A program made the position numbers and the translations under genes. A stretch of DNA of 50,769 nt from an uncultured delta proteobacterium. GTDB taxonomy: Bacteria > Desulfobacterota > Binatia > UBA9968. The DNA lies in the NCBI GenBank assembly GCA_963840855.1, contig CAWJBB010000076.1, positions 1 through 50,769 of the forward strand, written 5' to 3'. The notes below the pieces were generated by a model. The model did no database searches and had not been told where the DNA came from. It saw only the letters and a program-made list of their open reading frames with translations. Within the stretch, counting starts at the first letter, position 1; every line of letters starts with the position of its first letter. This document shows, in pieces, positions 46,116-50,769 of the stretch.

Positions 46116-48167
46116 TTACTTCCGTTTGCGCCGCCCTTTTGCGGCTTTCTTGCTCACGCTCCGCAGCCCCCTATCCAAACTTAACTCTAGCCCGAACTGG
46201 CGAATCATACCCGTGTCGATCCGCTCCTCATCCTGGACCTCCAGCTTCCACGTCCCTTTTGCACTCTTTCCCGTATACGCAGCCAGTCCCGGAGCCACGA
46301 CGGCGTCATAGCTTCGCCGCAGATTCTGCGTCCGGCCGTCCTTCCGGTTGTGCAACACCACCGGCTGAGCTGCCATCGCGTCTGGAGGAATCAATTTCAC
46401 CACCAGATCGCCTATGTAGGTGTGCTCGATGTCAATGCTTACCAGAATCCCCGCCAACGCAGTCGTTTCCGTCACATCGAGTTCCACGGTCGCCGTCTGG
46501 AAGTCCACGATCGGCTCGGTGAACGACTTCTCGATCCGGACCGTCGCCGGACCGTCTGTGGACAACGCCAGCCGAACCGCGGTTTCCGCGTTCAGCCGCC
46601 CGAACCCGTATTTTTTGCTGTGCCCGTGGGCATCATAATTACCTCCCTGCGGATCGATCCGGTCGCACGCTCGCCTCAGGATCTCTTTCACTTCTTGCCG
46701 CCGCAGGGCTGGATTCCGGGCAATCACCAGTGCCGCCACTCCCGCCGCTCCCGGACACGCACTCGACGTTCCCCCAAATCCGTTCGTGTACTTCAGGTCC
46801 GTATCCCCGGCGGTCTGGCCGGTGTCCGGGTCCGGGTTGTAGCCAGCACGACCCGTCCGATCTACAGTCCAGATGCCCGGCGTCAGCGGCTCCGGCCTGC
46901 TTTCCGGCGGAAATCCGAAGTCGTTGCTCGGGAAGCAACAGAACACGGCGTCGCCAAAGTCGCTATACACGCTCCGCTTGCCGCGATCGTTGCACGCCGC
47001 CACCGCGAGCACCTTCTCATAGCTGGCGTAGCCGTCCAGATCTACACTTTCATTGCCATTGCCGGCGGCGAACAGAATGATACATCCCTTACCACCACGG
47101 CCGTTGTTGGCTGCATAGTCGATGGCTAACCGGATGTTGTCCGGTAAGGCAAACGACCGCAAATGCTGGGGATCGTCCGGCCGGAACCAGGGACCATCCG
47201 GAGGACCCCAACTATTGGAGATCACATCAGCCCCGTGATCGGCGGCCCAAACGAAGGCGTCCGCTAGTCGTTGTGAGTTCAGCGACAGTGGCATGCGCAG
47301 CGGCATCAGCCGCGCTTTGGGAGCCACGCCCGAGGCACCGAAGCGGCCGTCAGCGCATGCCACACCGGCGCAGGCGGTCCCATGATTGTCGTCGAATCCG
47401 GGACTCGGATCGTTGTCCGAACTCTGAAAGTCTTGCGCCGCGGTGATCTTTCCCGAACTGGAGAATTCCTCGTGCGCTAAATCGAAACCATCGTCGATCA
47501 CTGCGATCGTCACTCCTTCGCCCTGCGTCATTGCATGCCCCGCTTCAACATTGACACTCGCCGCGACCGTTTGCCCGTTGATCGTCGTGGTCTTTAAGTG
47601 CCACTGCTGAGCGAAGATGGTCCGAAGCATTGCCGGCTGCACGATCTCCGGATGGCAATACTCAACGTCTTCCCGCCGAAGGAGCGTGTTCGCGATGGTG
47701 AATACCTCCTGCCCAGTTCCTTCCGGCGCTTCCGCGAAAAACGCATTGGTGGCATAGGTGAGCTCGCGTTTGACCGTGAGTCCGGCCCGCTGCAGCACAT
47801 CCACGCAGTCCTCCCGATCCTCTTCGTCGCGGAATTTCACAAAGATGTTTTCGGTGTATACCACCGGTTCCTTCGACTGCGTCTCCACCAACACGCGACC
47901 CGAAAATCGCGTGTCTGGCGCTTTTTTTAATTCTTCGCGCACCGTTTTCACGGATACGCGTGCCCCCGGTCGCTTTCGGTAAACTTCCACTCCGGCATCG
48001 GGAAACTCCGCCACCACCTCCATGTCTTGTAACAACGCCATCTCCGGTCGAGGCACGGGACCGCTGCGGAATGACTGTTTGCTGCGCGTCCGAACCACGA
48101 TCATTTCTGGGTCTACTTCGTACCGAATCAATTTCCCTGTTTTACCGCCGTACCGTAGTTGTGGCAT
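46116..48167 (-). CDS. S8 family serine peptidase (kexin/furin-like) with a proprotein convertase P-domain
   Basis: VIDDG, HGTACAG, AAGNG and GTSSACP catalytic motifs; IEHTYIGDL...GTWKLEVQD P-domain. Confidence 0.92.
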   Translation of the reverse strand: MPQLRYGGKTGKLIRYEVDPEMIVVRTRSKQSFRSGPVPRPEMALLQDMEVVAEFPDAGVEVYRKRPGARVSVKTVREELKKAPDTRFSGRVLVETQSKEPVVYTENIFVKFRDEEDREDCVDVLQRAGLTVKRELTYATNAFFAEAPEGTGQEVFTIANTLLRREDVEYCHPEIVQPAMLRTIFAQQWHLKTTTINGQTVAASVNVEAGHAMTQGEGVTIAVIDDGFDLAHEEFSSSGKITAAQDFQSSDNDPSPGFDDNHGTACAGVACADGRFGASGVAPKARLMPLRMPLSLNSQRLADAFVWAADHGADVISNSWGPPDGPWFRPDDPQHLRSFALPDNIRLAIDYAANNGRGGKGCIILFAAGNGNESVDLDGYASYEKVLAVAACNDRGKRSVYSDFGDAVFCCFPSNDFGFPPESRPEPLTPGIWTVDRTGRAGYNPDPDTGQTAGDTDLKYTNGFGGTSSACPGAAGVAALVIARNPALRRQEVKEILRRACDRIDPQGGNYDAHGHSKKYGFGRLNAETAVRLALSTDGPATVRIEKSFTEPIVDFQTATVELDVTETTALAGILVSIDIEHTYIGDLVVKLIPPDAMAAQPVVLHNRKDGRTQNLRRSYDAVVAPGLAAYTGKSAKGTWKLEVQDEERIDTGMIRQFGLELSLDRGLRSVSKKAAKGRRKRK

Positions 48168-48596
48168 GACCTTCCGCCTCCTTTTCGTTGACTACATAAA
48201 TGATTATGACAATCACGGGAACTGCGACTCGCTCGTCCTGACTTACACTGGATGGGTGACCGTTTGCACTTGTACCACAGCTGGATCCCATAAAAAAACT
48301 TTTAGCGTAAGTCCAATATTAGATTCCGGTCTGTCCAACGAATCAGCCGGGCGCAATTGATATGCCAGCGCGTGATTGCATTCTTAGGATCAGCAGAAAG
48401 GGCCTGATTTGATTTGAAGAATTTGACTTTTTGTGACCGTGGGATGGAAGTGAAAACGGAGACACATTTGGATACACAGGTGTAAATAAAGTTCCCACAT
48501 AATTGACTGTCTGTTTACGGCGCTTTCACCTCAAAGAAGGCTGAAGTATAAAAAAGACTAGAACAGAACTTTGTTCGCCGAAGCGCGTGCCTCGGT

Positions 48597-49671
48597 CTAA
48601 TAGGTTGCTCCGTTGCAGTGAGGAATCGTCTGCGTCACTCTGTGAACTTCCTTCGCTACGAGATGATCGTTTTTGAAGTATTCCACCATGTAGCGGATGT
48701 TATACTCAAGAGGATGCTTGTGAGTTACTGACGCGGAACTTACGCATTTGTATTCGAATATCGTTCCTGCGTCCCAGACACCTTCATATTTAAAATTGAC
48801 TCTGCAGTATTCCCGCTCCCGATCTGTCCCTCGTCCGAGAACCCGGCAATGAGATTTATCATACTCTCGGCAAGCGTTTACGGTGTAGGACAGAGGAGAA
48901 GCGAGAAAACCTAGAGGGACGACGACTTCGCTCCTGGCTTCCGGCGGGCAGTATTCTATTTCCCTATCCGCACGCGTTCTGATGCGACATTTGGAATAGT
49001 CGGTCTTTACCTGAGTAATCGTCACAGGCGCTCTTGTGCGCAGCTGATCGCCCGCGATGCAGAGGTCGGTACCGGGAATATTCATTCCCTGAAGAACAAA
49101 ATGGTCAACTTCCGGATAATAGCCATTGTAAAGGCGGTAACGGTATTCGGGCGGCTCGGGAATCGGAGTGCTAGCGACCGAGGTTTTCGTCGGAGGGGAA
49201 GGTACTTTTCCACCACCCCCGATTTCTCCTTGTTTGCCAGAGGGCTGCCCCTGCGCGCCCGAGGAACTTCCCCCTATCCCTCCGGATCCCGCTCCTATAG
49301 CTGCTGAGCTGCCACCTCCGACTGAAAGCGTTCCACCATCGGGAGAAGACGCTCCTTCGGTGGTTGTAGAGGTCGATCCTCCGGTAGAGGCGGTTGCGTT
49401 TTCCCCAGCAGCAGTCGACGGATTTACCTGCTTCGTATTCTCCGGCCGAGAGGGTTTTTGCAGTCGTGAAATCGGGTTTCCCTGTCGGAGTGGACGAACC
49501 GGGCCATCCGGCGCTGAAGTCCCGTGATGGCTCCATCGAACTGGACAACAGATAGGTCTTTAAAGTTGGCTGTGGTAGGGCGCGAAGGAACGTTAGACTC
49601 CACTGCCACAAAACCAGCGTATGGATACCAATCGATATAAGCAGGAACCAACAAAGGTCAGGGGTTTTCAC
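48597..49671 (-). CDS. Hypothetical membrane-anchored protein: TM helix, Gly/Ser/Thr/Pro-rich linker, Cys-rich C-terminal domain; one frameshift near 49500-49560
   Basis: FLLISIGIHTLVLW anchor from the GTG at 49671; the frame of ORF 48597-49085 stays open upstream to about 49560 through a low-complexity linker. Confidence 0.6.
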
Positions 49672-50013
49672 GGCGCCGAAGCATCTTTCTCATGACGGTC
49701 GTTGGAGTCCCAGCTTGCGTTACGACTCTGTGGGGTTGCAGCGGAGTATAGTCCTGATTTGAATTCTATTTGCTTGAGCGCAGAGATAACTTTTTTGCCG
49801 ATGGCTTGTCAAACCATACTCCGCCGGAAGGACATTGGAATAACGGGCTCGTCCCTCAGCCGGCAAAAAAGCGGCGCAGAGAGCCACCAGCAAGAACCAT
49901 CGATGTAATATTCATGTGGAATTTTCCTTCATCAAGCGAAGTCAAACAAATGAATAACAAATGGCAATACGCAGGAAAACACTTTTCCTCTTCTTGCCCG
50001 TCTCCTTGGGCGT

Positions 50014-50044
50014 TTGACTTTTCACCCCCTAATTTGGATATTAT
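50014..50044 (+). promoter_or_regulatory. Possible promoter of the tRNA gene
   Basis: TTGACT followed by GATATT/TATTAT at 17-19 bp spacing. Confidence 0.35.
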
Positions 50045-50108
50045 CAGCAGCACTCGGCGGAAGAATTCGGTTCATCCCTCATTCTTTCGCCTTCAACTTT
50101 TCTCGCGT

Positions 50109-50184
<76 letters not shown>

Positions 50185-50346
50185 ATATTCTCAATGGGTT
50201 ATGGTCAACTGATCGCCCGGAAGATTCTCAATTGTAACTACTTTTGTAACCGAACCACCGTCGATCGTTGACTCTGTTCCGCCAGAAACTGCTCTCAGCA
50301 GAACCTCTCCCCATTCGATGTCCACTCATCCGCTGTGGCTCGCGCC

Positions 50347-50769
50347 TCACCGAATGATTTTGGTCGCCCGTGCCAGCACATTCGGCGGAATCGTCACGCC
50401 AATCTGCTTCGCTGTTTTGAGATTGATGACGAACTCGAACTTAATTGGTCGCTCCACAGGGAGATCCGCCGGCTTGGCCCCTTTCAAGATCTTGTCCACA
50501 TAAGTGGCGGCACGCCTGAACAGATCAGGGACGTCCGGTCCATAGGACATGAGGCCACCGGCCTCGACAGGCTGCCTATCCATGTGCATTGTGGGCAGCC
50601 GGTTCGCCGTCGCGAACTCCACGATACGTTTTTGGTTAACATGGATGGCCGGGTCCCTAACGGTCATAAGAGCTTGCGCCTTTGCCTTGCCAATGGTTGA
50701 GATTGCTTTCTCGAAATCATTGGCACTTTGCACTTCGAGGGCTTGAATCTGCACTTTCAATTCACCCGC
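50347..50769 (-). CDS. ABC transporter substrate-binding protein (ABC_sub_bind type), 3' part only; cut by the window edge
   Basis: AGGLMSYG, YVDKILKGAKPADLPVERP and VINLKTAKQIG motifs. Confidence 0.88.
   Translation of the reverse strand, partial: AGELKVQIQALEVQSANDFEKAISTIGKAKAQALMTVRDPAIHVNQKRIVEFATANRLPTMHMDRQPVEAGGLMSYGPDVPDLFRRAATYVDKILKGAKPADLPVERPIKFEFVINLKTAKQIGVTIPPNVLARATKIIR

Overview
Bacterial chromosomal window, GC-rich in coding regions. Its many ABC/TctC solute-binding proteins, amidohydrolases, LLM oxidoreductases and a VOC protein resemble Candidatus Binatia-type deltaproteobacteria (inference only). It has about 43 protein genes and tRNA-Ala(GGC). I see no CRISPR array, rRNA, integrase or transposase. 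The centre (12.2-27 kb) is an unusual sulfur locus: a two-domain alpha/beta-hydrolase-LuxR regulator lacking the nucleophile Ser, two GGGAC-N4-GTCCC operator-like palindromes, an aconitase whose stop overlaps the start of a flavocytochrome c sulfide dehydrogenase (fccB-fccA), a divergent soxY-soxZ-yeeE operon with a non-canonical SoxY C-terminus and no soxABX/CD in the window, then a 4-Cys Rrf2 regulator, an orphan ORF and the sbp-cysT-cysW-cysA sulfate transporter. Intergenic spacers carry several families of short inverted-repeat elements (7-, 8- and 9-mer arrays folding into hairpins, a GTAG REP doublet, other palindromes). One inverted pair of related arms brackets the 9.3 kb fcc/sox module. 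The 29-37.3 kb stretch has many single-base indels and an A16 junction, more likely sequencing or assembly errors than real pseudogenes. The right end has nadK-recN, a subtilisin/kexin-like protease, an orphan membrane-anchored Cys-repeat protein and the tRNA. All calls come from reading motifs by eye; no database searches were run.
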